Notes: generated by a model not told the origin, from the sequence alone. Positions 19,423 to 28,485 are shown, counted from the first letter of the stretch. The stretch is 64,000 bases of DNA from an uncultured Chloroflexia bacterium (GCA_963754385.1 CAVWGE010000001.1:441633-505632); one strand, 5' to 3'. A program made the numbers and translations.

Positions 19423-20433
19423 CTATTTCCGCCACGGAGCGACCATTGGCTCTCTAAGAAATTCTCTCCTTTTCAGGTAGTTCAACTTTCTTATGCCGCC
19501 ACAAAGCTCGAGATAATCATCGAAAGAGTCGACGCCGAACACGAATTTGCTTAAATATTCATCCACACCTTCCTGAGTTTTGGAGAGACTCAGCCACTCA
19601 GCTATATGCTCCTCATCGTAATAGTACATACCAGGCATTTCACAAGGATGTGAGCCATAGGGAACTTTGACCACAGCGTCTACTACAAGAAAGGGTATGA
19701 CTGTTTTCCACGGCTCTCTTTTAACTACTTCATTTTCAATAATTTCCTCGGTGGTTATTATTAACCTTCGCGCACATCTGGAAAGTTCGAAATCTTCCAC
19801 AAGGATGGCATCTATTTGGGCGTTACCATAGATGTCGCAGCGGTGTACGTGAATAAAGGCTACGTCCGGATAAGCCGCAGGAATTAAATTGATTGGTTTA
19901 CCACTGAATGGGTCTTTGACCACCTTGCAAGAGCTATAACTGCCGGTGTCAGTACCCAGCAGATTGCGACTCGGTATAAACGGTATACCCATCATAGCCG
20001 CCAGGAATCGCCATTGATATCCGGCATTGCTGGTTTCGGCAACTACTTTACATTGCCCGCTTTCTACCATTCTTCTGGAGGCTGGAGATAGCCCTCTGAG
20101 CTCGTGCCCGAAGGAATAGGCTACCTCTGCCCTGTTTACACAGCCGGCACCTACCAGAACGTCAAGATCGTGAACAGCTGTTTTACCGGCCATGACCAGG
20201 TTGCGTTTCTTCTGCCTGATAATCTCATAGACAATAGCCATAGACACCCTGATATGTCCAAAACCGCCGCTGGCGATGAAATCTCCATCACGAACAAATC
20301 TCGATACTGCCTCCCTAGCCGACATTGTTTTGTCCTTCAGCTCGCGAGACTTGTTCTTAAGCACCCAATCCCTGGCCTCGTCAGGGTCATGCCAGCCTAG
20401 TAGCTGTCCGCTGCCGTACTTTAATACTTCCAT
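19423..20433 (-). CDS. Family-I CoA-transferase, subunit A (GctA-like)
   Basis: 336 aa. FIASGGFGHIRVSMAIVYEIIRQ and large-subunit architecture. Paired with the B subunit. Substrate unknown. Confidence 0.8.
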   Translation of the reverse strand: MEVLKYGSGQLLGWHDPDEARDWVLKNKSRELKDKTMSAREAVSRFVRDGDFIASGGFGHIRVSMAIVYEIIRQKKRNLVMAGKTAVHDLDVLVGAGCVNRAEVAYSFGHELRGLSPASRRMVESGQCKVVAETSNAGYQWRFLAAMMGIPFIPSRNLLGTDTGSYSSCKVVKDPFSGKPINLIPAAYPDVAFIHVHRCDIYGNAQIDAILVEDFELSRCARRLIITTEEIIENEVVKREPWKTVIPFLVVDAVVKVPYGSHPCEMPGMYYYDEEHIAEWLSLSKTQEGVDEYLSKFVFGVDSFDDYLELCGGIRKLNYLKRREFLREPMVAPWRK

Positions 20434-20571
20434 CTACCTACCTCCTTTGCACAAAGTAGTAAGACTAACTCAAAGAATCAGTATTGCAGATGAGGTGATT
20501 ATGCTTACGCACTAATTGCAAATTGCGTTGTTTAAATCCTTAATATGTTGTCTTTGATTCATTAGATATGC

Positions 20572-20820
20572 CTAGGCCTGCACGCAATGATAAGAAACCT
20601 CTTCATCTTTCATAGCCTTGACAACTGTCTGTGCCACGTCATTTGGTTTGATGAACTATGCTTTAAATATCTTCTTCTCCTCCGACTTGATACCTTTGAC
20701 TTTTAATACCATTGGCTTCTTTCAGGTCGTCTGCCACGTAACGAGAGTGCAAAGAGTGCATGTGAGATTCGTGTACACATAACCGGGCAGAGTACCGAAT
20801 CCCCCGACCGTTTATAAGGT
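20572..20820 (-). pseudogene. Remnant of a short-chain dehydrogenase/reductase (C-terminal half, decayed)
   Basis: One minus-strand frame reads ...TVGGFGTLPGYVYTNLT...(TGA)...(TAG)FIKPNDVAQTVVKAMKDEEVSYHCVQA(stop). It resembles the SDR GIRVN-x-x-PG-x-V-x-T and PEDVA C-terminal motifs. It is interrupted by three in-frame stops (TAA, TGA, TAG) and lacks the Rossmann N-terminus. Confidence 0.4.
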
Positions 20821-20904
20821 GAAGGTATCAAATAAAGGCCTTCTAAGAAACCCACAACTGTAAATTTTGACGTACTGATGATAGCGAACTGTGGGGCATT
20901 GACC

Positions 20905-20990
20905 GGAACTCAATAATTTTATGGGTTTAGTGCTATTTAAACAATACTGGAAAACAATGATTTGGTCGTTGTCCTAGTCATTGTACTGGC
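20905..20990. repeat. Left arm of a long imperfect inverted repeat flanking the LuxR gene
   Basis: Its reverse complement aligns by hand with 22571-22667. The 27-bp perfect core AAACAATACTGGAAAACAATGATTTGG (20939-20965) matches CCAAATCATTGTTTTCCAGTATTGTTT (22600-22626). Confidence 0.8.
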
Positions 20991-21216
20991 GGGCGCATAA
21001 AAACAAACTGGCGGTAGGATGTCTTCGAGGAAAAACGGGGGCTTTAATGCTAAACAGGAGAACTTAGGCAATGGATAGAATATCTACGAGCGAAGGAAAT
21101 TGAATGAAGCGTAAGGCGATTGACAAGATATTAACCAGGGGAATATACTATCGTATGAAAGGGGGCCTCCACCATACTTTGGATCGTACGTACCGATACT
21201 TTCATAATAAAAAATC

Positions 21217-22344
21217 ATGATCAGCTTACAAAATAACCATTTATTAGATATTTCAAATTTAATAACTAATGCATCGGATAACTCATCTCTTCGTGAATTG
21301 AGGCTAAATGTTCTTAAGCTTATTCTACCGATATTTCAAGCGGATGGCGCATCGTTTTTTCTTACAGATAGGGAACGAAGATACCTTGATATTCCAGACG
21401 GCATTATACATGAATTAGACAGCAATCTGGCGCCGTATCAACAATATTATCAAAAATATGATCCATTTAGAGAAGTGATTTATTCAACGAATCTAACGTG
21501 TGCAACAGATAAAATGTTTGCTGATAAGTGGTGGGAAAATAGTATGTATTACAACGATTTCCTTAGACCGAAACAATTATCTCACGAAATGATTATCTGT
21601 ATTCGTTCAGAAAATAGTTTATATGGGAAAATAGGCATCTTCAGACAGATCGGTAGACCTTGTTTTAATGACCATGATAGAGCAATAGCATTAGTCTTAG
21701 CGAAGCATCTTAAATATGTAGTCGAAAACATAAATCTGTCTCGGGTATGTGAGGACAAGATAAACACATACAGAGAATTTGATGACTACCCTCTGATGGG
21801 AATAATAGTTTTAGATTTTGACATTAAACCAGTTTATCATAATGAAATGGCTAAAAAGATATGTTGGGCGATAAAGAAAGAAGGAGATATCGAACATAAT
21901 AGCCTCGGGCAAGGGAGTATATCAATACCATACCAAGTCATCCGAAATTGTCAGGATCTAAAATCTCACTTTAAATTTGGTGAAATTGGTGCTCCTTTCT
22001 GCGTAAGTAACATATACGTGAATCAAGGCAGAGAATATAAATTTAGATCCTTTTTGAATGCGCGGACTTCATATAGTAAAGAGATTCCTTCCTTTATCAT
22101 CTTAATAGAAGACTGTGCAGAACTGCGGCAGATAAAAGAAAGAACTGCAAAGTTCAAATATAAACTATCAAAGAGGGAACTGGAAATTTGCAGCCTAGTA
22201 AGGGACGGCCTAACTAATAAAGAAATCTCCACTGAACTCTTTCTTAGCCTATGTACTGTAGAAACTCATTTAAGAAACATTTTTGAAAAGACAAAGGCGA
22301 ATAACCGAGCAGAACTAATTAAGTTATTAGATTGTTGTTATTAA
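21217..22344 (+). CDS. LuxR/FixJ-type HTH transcriptional regulator with a roughly 300-aa N-terminal domain of unknown type
   Basis: 375 aa. C-terminal LSKRELEICSLVRDGLTNKEISTELFLSLCTVETHLRNIFEKTKANNRAELI. Very AT-rich: I counted 28 G+C in its first 100 nt. Confidence 0.85.
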   Translation: MISLQNNHLLDISNLITNASDNSSLRELRLNVLKLILPIFQADGASFFLTDRERRYLDIPDGIIHELDSNLAPYQQYYQKYDPFREVIYSTNLTCATDKMFADKWWENSMYYNDFLRPKQLSHEMIICIRSENSLYGKIGIFRQIGRPCFNDHDRAIALVLAKHLKYVVENINLSRVCEDKINTYREFDDYPLMGIIVLDFDIKPVYHNEMAKKICWAIKKEGDIEHNSLGQGSISIPYQVIRNCQDLKSHFKFGEIGAPFCVSNIYVNQGREYKFRSFLNARTSYSKEIPSFIILIEDCAELRQIKERTAKFKYKLSKRELEICSLVRDGLTNKEISTELFLSLCTVETHLRNIFEKTKANNRAELIKLLDCCY

Positions 22345-22570
22345 ACATTTAGTTGGGTAGTGCTCCTATATTCGCGCAAAACGATAGTGTAAGTGACCCC
22401 ACACCCCTACTTAAGAGATACCGCCCTATCTCATAGCCTCCCAACATCTGGTCAATGGCTTGCTTCAACGTTCTGCTTGACGGTGTTCTTCTTGTGGCGC
22501 GAGTTCTTCTTAGTCCCTTCAAGGCCCTTGGCTTTTTATTAAAGGTATCTTACGCCAATCTTTTTCATAC

Positions 22571-22667
22571 GCCAGCTATGGCATAACCAGGACAATAGCC
22601 CAAATCATTGTTTTCCAGTATTGTTTGAATGGTGCTGAAGCTATAAAATCATATATTATTAAGGTCC
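22571..22667. repeat. Right arm of the inverted repeat flanking the LuxR gene
   Basis: See the left arm. The 27-bp perfect core lies at 22600-22626. The flanks are diverged and contain two indels. Confidence 0.8.
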
Positions 22668-22734
22668 ACTGAAGTCTCAATTCGTTGCCATAATTATACA
22701 GGTATATACTCGCGTGGCTAATAGAATAAAGTGC

Positions 22735-22804
22735 CATGACAGTTCTTTCTTTATAAAAATAGAAAATTATGTTAGAGGAGGGCAAAATTGTCTTTAAGAA
22801 AAAG
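22735..22804 (+). repeat. Copy 1 of a roughly 70-bp direct repeat (promoter/operator-like module)
   Basis: CATGACAGTTCTTTCTTTATAAAAATAGAAAATTATGTTAGAGGAGGGCAAAATTGTCTTTAAGAAAAAG. About 60 of 70 positions are identical to 23793-23861 by hand alignment, including the 21-nt perfect block GCAAAATTGTCTTTAAGAAAA. Ends 50 nt upstream of the ATG at 22854. Confidence 0.75.
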
Positions 22805-22853
22805 TCTGTATAAAGTCTGAATTAAAAACAAAAAGGACGAAGGAGCAATAGCA

Positions 22854-23657
22854 ATGATTAAGTGTGTTTTTGTAATGGACTTGCCAAGTATGAATGAACT
22901 ACCAGAGATGGAGAGGTGGTACATTCGTTACCATGCTCCTGAGGCGATAAACATGCTCGGGCCATGGATGACGCGCTATCGAAGCTACCGTGCTGTTCCT
23001 CCACCACCCGGAGCTGAACACTACGGCTATTATAATTATCGTGTTAGCGAGCTTTGGTTTCGTAACATAACAGAACTACCTCCCGTAGTCGGCATGGGAA
23101 CCGACTTGAGAGGTCAATTCTTTGAGCTCACATGGCCACAGTGGATGAAAGGAGCGGCCAGCACTGAGCTTTACGCCCCCAAGTGGGCTGGGCAACCTGA
23201 AGGACCACACCCATGGGCTCAGGTCTTCGTTCCGGCCGCAGCTACCGAGGACTTTCTAGGTCACTTTACAGTGGATGAGAAAGCTATCTTGCGCTGGTAT
23301 ATCACCTTCAAATACCCGGACGGTGTCCCAGTCGAAGAAGGGGAAAAGTGGTTTCTCAACGTTCACTCCAAGGAGGTCATGAAGCAACCAGGCCTTATCC
23401 GGTATTTTAGCCACCGTGCAATCGAAGTACCAGGAATCCCTAACCAATACCCCTGGCACCGGGTTACCGAGCAATGGTACGAGAACTTCGATGGATGGCG
23501 CAAGTCAGTCATCGATTCGCCTCCCAAATATACCAAACCACCCTGGGCGAAGTATGATAAGTATCCCTTCCTCCATCCCTACGTTGACTTTCTGAGCACT
23601 TTTCTTCTGGAACGGCCAACTGATGACTTCTTAAGAGACTGGCGTTCGTATCCATAA
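22854..23657 (+). CDS. Hypothetical protein with two EthD-like (dimeric alpha/beta-barrel-like) repeats
   Basis: 267 aa. Internal repeat signature: MIKCVFVMDLP...EMERWYIRYHAPEA (N-terminal half) against ILRWYITFKYPDGVPVEEGEKWFLNVHSKEV...PGLIRYF (C-terminal half). RBS AAGGAG upstream. The fold assignment is inference. Confidence 0.55.
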   Translation: MIKCVFVMDLPSMNELPEMERWYIRYHAPEAINMLGPWMTRYRSYRAVPPPPGAEHYGYYNYRVSELWFRNITELPPVVGMGTDLRGQFFELTWPQWMKGAASTELYAPKWAGQPEGPHPWAQVFVPAAATEDFLGHFTVDEKAILRWYITFKYPDGVPVEEGEKWFLNVHSKEVMKQPGLIRYFSHRAIEVPGIPNQYPWHRVTEQWYENFDGWRKSVIDSPPKYTKPPWAKYDKYPFLHPYVDFLSTFLLERPTDDFLRDWRSYP

Positions 23658-23714
23658 TAAATCACTGGAAAACCAGGAAGCCTCGATTTTTAATAAACAA
23701 AGAGCGAGGAAAGC

Positions 23715-23800
23715 ATGATTAAAAGTGTTTTTAGTGTTCAAGCTTGGAACTCCAAATGACCTGCCTGCATTGGAGAGGGGTATATCTGGTATCATGATAG
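23715..23800 (+). pseudogene. Truncated, frameshifted 5' fragment of a paralogue of the 22854 gene
   Basis: ATGATTAAAAGTGTTTTTAGTG... aligns with ATGATTAAGTGTGTTTTTGTAATG... (MIKSVFSV against MIKCVFVM). After a frameshift it aligns again: LPALERG-YIWYH against LPEMERWYIRYH. It has its own GAGGA RBS and stops being alignable where direct-repeat copy 2 begins. Confidence 0.55.
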
Positions 23801-23861
23801 TTTTTTCGTTATAAAATAGAAATATGTGTTAGAGGAGTGCAAAATTGTCTTTAAGAAAAGG
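23793..23861 (+). repeat. Copy 2 of the roughly 70-bp direct repeat
   Basis: CATGATAGTTTTTTCGTTATAAAATAGAAATATGTGTTAGAGGAGTGCAAAATTGTCTTTAAGAAAAGG. Ends 113 nt upstream of the BKACE ATG. Confidence 0.75.
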
Positions 23862-23973
23862 TTAAAGAATCATGTATCGCAAATTGGCTTTCAAGTCATT
23901 TTGGGTGAACTTAGTGATGCCATATTTTGGGATGTTATCTCATGGAGAATAATCTATAAAGGAGGATTAGGAG

Positions 23974-25020
23974 ATGGCTAAAGACAAAGTTAACTGGGAT
24001 TATATTGAGGAATGGAAAAGGAAGGAAGAGGGAGACTTTAAGACCATCGGGTTTCCTTTCGGCCTTCCAGAATTCATGGATCCTTTTGGAACAAAGTATG
24101 GGCTGGGTGTGGAGATACAGCCTGCCTGGAAGGTACCTAGAAAAGTTTTCATTTGCCAGGCTATAGTTGGCGCATTCATAAGTAAAAGAGCTAATCCAAA
24201 CCAGCCAATCGAGCCAAAGGAAATCAGAGACCAAGCACTAGCTTGCCTTGAGGCCGGAGCGCCCAATGTACATGTCCATGTAAGGGACAAAGACGGATAT
24301 AATGTGTTAGATCCGGAACTCTTTCACTTCGTTATTGACCCCATCCGCGAGAAGTATCCTGACAGGATTGTGTGCGCATGCTTAGTTGCGGACCGACCCG
24401 GGCAATGGGCCAAGCTAATACAGGTCCTGAAAGATGGCCTCGTTGACCAAACACCCATCAACTGTTTTGCTGTTTATTTAGGAGATACTGCTGTATTGAA
24501 GCCGCCTCATGTCATGATAGAGAAGACCAGGCTCTGCCAGGAACACGGGGTCAAGCCGCAACTCGCAGTATATTCAGACGGGGATATTGATAATGCGGAT
24601 CGATATCTTATCAAAACGGGACTCCTCAAAAAACCATATTACTGGATTATTCTTCCAGCGCTTCCCGGCTGTTCTCCTATGCACAGTCCCAAGGCTATGG
24701 TTGAGGGGTTGATGCATTATGTTAACCGTATCAAGGAGATCGATGAGGATTCTGAGATTGTAGTATGTGCAGCAGGAAGAGCTTCGAGCTATCTTGCTAC
24801 GTTTGCTCTCTTACTCGGACTCGACATACGAGTTGGAATGGAAGACACGGTGTGGATGTGGCCGCACCGAAACGAGTTAATAAAAAACAATGTCGAAATC
24901 TTTAAGATGTTCAAACAGCTGATTGAGCTTCTTGGACGCGAAATCATAAGTCCCAACGAGTTCCGGAAAAAGGTGGGAATGAGGATGCCGGGTAAACAGG
25001 CAGTAAAATCCGAGGTATGA
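23974..25020 (+). CDS. Beta-keto acid cleavage enzyme (BKACE/DUF849; 3-keto-5-aminohexanoate cleavage enzyme family)
   Basis: 348 aa. APNVHVHVRDKDG (His-x-His metal ligands) and DIRVGMEDT (Glu ligand) match the Kce-type TIM-barrel pattern. Substrate unknown. Confidence 0.75.
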   Translation: MAKDKVNWDYIEEWKRKEEGDFKTIGFPFGLPEFMDPFGTKYGLGVEIQPAWKVPRKVFICQAIVGAFISKRANPNQPIEPKEIRDQALACLEAGAPNVHVHVRDKDGYNVLDPELFHFVIDPIREKYPDRIVCACLVADRPGQWAKLIQVLKDGLVDQTPINCFAVYLGDTAVLKPPHVMIEKTRLCQEHGVKPQLAVYSDGDIDNADRYLIKTGLLKKPYYWIILPALPGCSPMHSPKAMVEGLMHYVNRIKEIDEDSEIVVCAAGRASSYLATFALLLGLDIRVGMEDTVWMWPHRNELIKNNVEIFKMFKQLIELLGREIISPNEFRKKVGMRMPGKQAVKSEV

Positions 25021-25362
25021 AAGCTTAGAGGCATTCTTTATGCAGTATAAGCATGAACAACGAGCTTCTTAGCACAAATAGTATCCGAGTAGAATAGAAG
25101 TTACAGAGAGAGCACCAACAGAGAACAATCCACAAGGATTTCGGCATCAAAAGTATGGAGAAATGCCAACAAATACTAAAAGGGCAGAGCAGCGAAACGG
25201 ATAGTTACAGAGTTAAAATTGGAGTGAAGTCCTGAAATTTGACACTCTAGGTTAGGAAGACTAGTAGTGCCCCAAGGGAGGTGCAGCATGTTCACCTTAG
25301 ATTAATTTTAGGCGATATGTCGAGTTACATAAACATTATTCATGCTCAAAAGGAGGTAAAGA

Positions 25363-26544
25363 ATGAGACACGTAAAATATGCAGGATTAGTTATGGCAGT
25401 TGTCATTGTCATAATGGTACTTAGCCTAGCCCTGTCCTGTGCGCCGGCTGCGCCAAAACAACCCATAAAGATAGGGCTACTTTTTGATTATTCTGGCATG
25501 GGCGCGGCAGATATACCCTTCCACGAAGACGGAGCAAGACTCAAGCTCGACGAGGTTGGTTGGCAGATTGAAGGGAGGAAGATAGAATTGATACCTGCAG
25601 ACAACGGAGGTGACCCAGTAAAAGGTGTAGAAGCAGTGAAAAAACTGGTAGAAGTAGACAAAGTGGATGTCATTATAGGACCGGTTTGGGGTCACGTTGC
25701 TTTGGCGATAGCACCTGTTTTGGCACAGTCGAGAACACCCAACATCATTCCTTCGGGACAGACTATGGGTGTAATACAGGCCGGTGCTGGTAATGAGTTC
25801 CTGCTACGAGGAACATTTTCTGGGAACGCCTACTATTCAGGCGTCTATGCCTATGAAGACCGGGGTTATCGGACGGCTGTGGTTATGTATGACGATTTTG
25901 TAACCGGAGAAATGTTTGTCACAGGTTTCACAAAGCCCTTTGAAGAGAGGGGTGGGACTGTCGTTCAGACAGTGAAGCCACCTTTAGGTACTTTCGACTT
26001 CGCGCCATATTTAACTGGTATAAAGACAGCCGATGTACTTGCCATGTGGCTCCAACCCCCCGAACTCCCTCCATTTTACAAGCAATATAATGAATTCGGG
26101 CTGAAGATGCCAATAATATATACGAGCGACACGGCGGAAAACGAGCTATGGACAGCAGTTGGTGATTATTGTATAGGTACCATCGCTCAGCATGAATATT
26201 CTCCGTTCATTGATACTAACACCAACAAACAATTTGTGGAGCTGGCAAAGAAAAAGACTGGTGGAATGCCCCCGGTTATGTCCTTTCAGGAGGCGGGTTA
26301 TACAGCTGTAACTGTTTTCTTAGAAGCAGTAAAGGCTACAAAAGGTGATACGACACATGATAAAATCATCGAGGCACTGAAAAAGGTTAGTGTCGATACT
26401 CCTGAGGGGAAGATTTCCTTTACCAATGAAGGAATGGGGGTTGGAAACGAACTAATTGTGAAAATAGCCAAAAAAGACGGTAGGTATGAGAAGGAGATTC
26501 TCAAAACATACGACCAAGTAGTACGCAAAGCACCTTGGGAATAG
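25363..26544 (+). CDS. ABC transporter substrate-binding protein, LivK/type-1 PBP family; signal peptide with Cys (probable lipoprotein)
   Basis: 393 aa. N-terminus MRHVKYAGLVMAVVIVIMVLSLALSCAPAAP, then IKIGLLFDYSGMGA. Followed by LivHMGF-like genes. Confidence 0.85.
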   Translation: MRHVKYAGLVMAVVIVIMVLSLALSCAPAAPKQPIKIGLLFDYSGMGAADIPFHEDGARLKLDEVGWQIEGRKIELIPADNGGDPVKGVEAVKKLVEVDKVDVIIGPVWGHVALAIAPVLAQSRTPNIIPSGQTMGVIQAGAGNEFLLRGTFSGNAYYSGVYAYEDRGYRTAVVMYDDFVTGEMFVTGFTKPFEERGGTVVQTVKPPLGTFDFAPYLTGIKTADVLAMWLQPPELPPFYKQYNEFGLKMPIIYTSDTAENELWTAVGDYCIGTIAQHEYSPFIDTNTNKQFVELAKKKTGGMPPVMSFQEAGYTAVTVFLEAVKATKGDTTHDKIIEALKKVSVDTPEGKISFTNEGMGVGNELIVKIAKKDGRYEKEILKTYDQVVRKAPWE

Positions 26545-26614
26545 TCGGCCTTGAGCACAATGGAACCTCACCTGGTAGGGCTAGTTTTCAGCCCTGCCAG
26601 GTGAGGCATGCGTT

Positions 26615-27472
26615 ATGGAAACAATTTTGCTAAATGTTTTGAATGGCATTACATTTGGCATTATGCTATTTCTTATCGCCAGTGGCCTCGCAGTTATATA
26701 TGGTTTCATGGGGGTTCTCAACCTTGCTCACGGGGTATTTTATATACTCGGGGCATATTTTGGATTAGCTGCGCTAGTTTATGGTGTTCCCTTTGTCTGG
26801 GCAGCTTTGGGTGGTGGAATTGCAGTTGGACTAGTTGGCTTAGTAGTAGAACTGGTATTCTTAAAGCGCCTACATAAACAGCTTAATGAGCAGGTGTTGC
26901 TGACTTTAGGGTTCGTCTACATATTCGCTAATTTGGCTAGGTGGATCTGGGGACCATATGCTAGGGTCATTGATGCGCCCGCTATTGTAGCTGGTTCTAT
27001 CAGTATTGGTAGTGCTTCCTTCCCTGTTTATCGTCTAGTGATGATTGCTGCCGGCCTAGCTCTAGCCGCGGGTTTATGGTTGTTCACTGGGAAGACTCGA
27101 ACCGGTTCCATTATTCGAGCTGGGATGGATGATAAGGAAATGACGGCTGGGTTGGGTGTGAACTATGGTCTGGTTTCCAGTGCCGTTTTCTTCACAGGTA
27201 CATTTGTGGGCGGGGTTGCCGGCTTTATAGGGCTACCAATCATCCCAGTATACCCTGGTATGGTCTTTGACATTTTACTTTTGGCACTGATTGTTATCGT
27301 TGTTGGTGGAGTCGGACGTATTGAAGGTACCCTATTAGGCGCTGTGGTGATAGGTCTCATCGATTCTCTTGGAAGAGCCTACTTCCCTGATTTCGCCTAC
27401 TTTACCATGTATTTAGCTATGATACTCATATTGTTGCTCAAACCCAGCGGTCTGTTAGGGAGGGGAAAATAA
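26615..27472 (+). CDS. Branched-chain-amino-acid-type ABC permease (LivH-like)
   Basis: 285 aa polytopic membrane protein. GVLNLAHG motif and operon context. Confidence 0.85.
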   Translation: METILLNVLNGITFGIMLFLIASGLAVIYGFMGVLNLAHGVFYILGAYFGLAALVYGVPFVWAALGGGIAVGLVGLVVELVFLKRLHKQLNEQVLLTLGFVYIFANLARWIWGPYARVIDAPAIVAGSISIGSASFPVYRLVMIAAGLALAAGLWLFTGKTRTGSIIRAGMDDKEMTAGLGVNYGLVSSAVFFTGTFVGGVAGFIGLPIIPVYPGMVFDILLLALIVIVVGGVGRIEGTLLGAVVIGLIDSLGRAYFPDFAYFTMYLAMILILLLKPSGLLGRGK

Positions 27473-27477
27473 AAAAG

Positions 27478-28485
27478 ATGGGAGAGGCGAACGACAACAC
27501 TGCAAAACGGGCATGGCTGACAGGGCGACTCAATCGCATTGCGTACATTATTATCGGACTGTTCTTTGTAATATTACCTTTATTTATGCCCCACTATCTT
27601 CAAGGTATTATGACCAAAGCCATTATCTTTGCAGTCTTTGCTATGAGCCTAAACCTGCTCATTGGATATGCAGGCCTTTTCTCACTAGGACATGCCGCCT
27701 ACTTTGGTGTAGCAGCTTACACTAGTAGTATACTAACGGTGCGCTATGGTGTTGAGAGCTTCTGGCTGGCTGCCCCAGCTGGCATTTTGATGGCAGTGCT
27801 TGTTGCTGGCGCGTTTGGTTTCATTGCGCTTCGACTATCTGGTGTATACTTCTTACTGATTACTCTTGCTCTTGGTCAATTGCTTTATAGTGTTGCCTTG
27901 AAGTGGCAAACAATGACCGGAGGTACTAATGGCCTTATAAGTGTGGGCTATCCGGATCTGGGCTTGCCATGGATTACAATGAATGACCTGTCTTTTTATT
28001 ACTTGGCTTTTGCCATTCTTGTTATCAGCCTTTTCTTGTTATATCGGTTGATTGAGTCTCCATTTGGAGTTGCTCTACAAGGTATCCGCGAAAGTGAAAC
28101 TCGAATGCGCAGCCTAGGCTATAATACTTGGCTGTACAAATATATCGCCTTTGTTATTGCCGGACTGTTTGCCGGGGTGGCTGGCATACTATTTGGATAT
28201 TATAGTACTGTTCTAGTTCCTACAGATATGGGTGTCCTCACTTCTACTCTGGTATTGCTTATGGTAATAATAGGGGGTAGTCGAGTTTTTTGGGGACCGG
28301 TCACTGGAGCTATATTGATAACATTCATAGTACATTATTCGAGCATTTACACTCCTGAACGCTGGCCTCTAATTCTAGGTTCTCTCTTTGTTTTAGCTGT
28401 TATGTTTCTTCGAGGCGGGATTAGCAAATATCTACTGAAACTATGGAAGAGGTTAGAGTACCGCTATGGAAGCATTAAGAGTTGA
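27478..28485 (+). CDS. Branched-chain-amino-acid-type ABC permease (LivM-like)
   Basis: 335 aa. GYAGLFSLGHAAYFGVAAY motif. Confidence 0.85.
   Translation: MGEANDNTAKRAWLTGRLNRIAYIIIGLFFVILPLFMPHYLQGIMTKAIIFAVFAMSLNLLIGYAGLFSLGHAAYFGVAAYTSSILTVRYGVESFWLAAPAGILMAVLVAGAFGFIALRLSGVYFLLITLALGQLLYSVALKWQTMTGGTNGLISVGYPDLGLPWITMNDLSFYYLAFAILVISLFLLYRLIESPFGVALQGIRESETRMRSLGYNTWLYKYIAFVIAGLFAGVAGILFGYYSTVLVPTDMGVLTSTLVLLMVIIGGSRVFWGPVTGAILITFIVHYSSIYTPERWPLILGSLFVLAVMFLRGGISKYLLKLWKRLEYRYGSIKS

Noticed and set aside
22576-22785. 69-aa minus-strand ORF
   Set aside because: It coincides with the right inverted-repeat arm and the AT-rich promoter-like region. It has Tyr/Ile/Asn-rich composition typical of AT-rich non-coding DNA.
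23826-23981. 51-codon ORF starting at GTG inside direct-repeat copy 2 and ending in ATGGCTAA, overlapping the BKACE start
   Set aside because: It has no RBS. The equivalent frame in repeat copy 1 stops after 14 codons, so the ORF is not conserved between the two copies. It is probably a by-product of the repeat.
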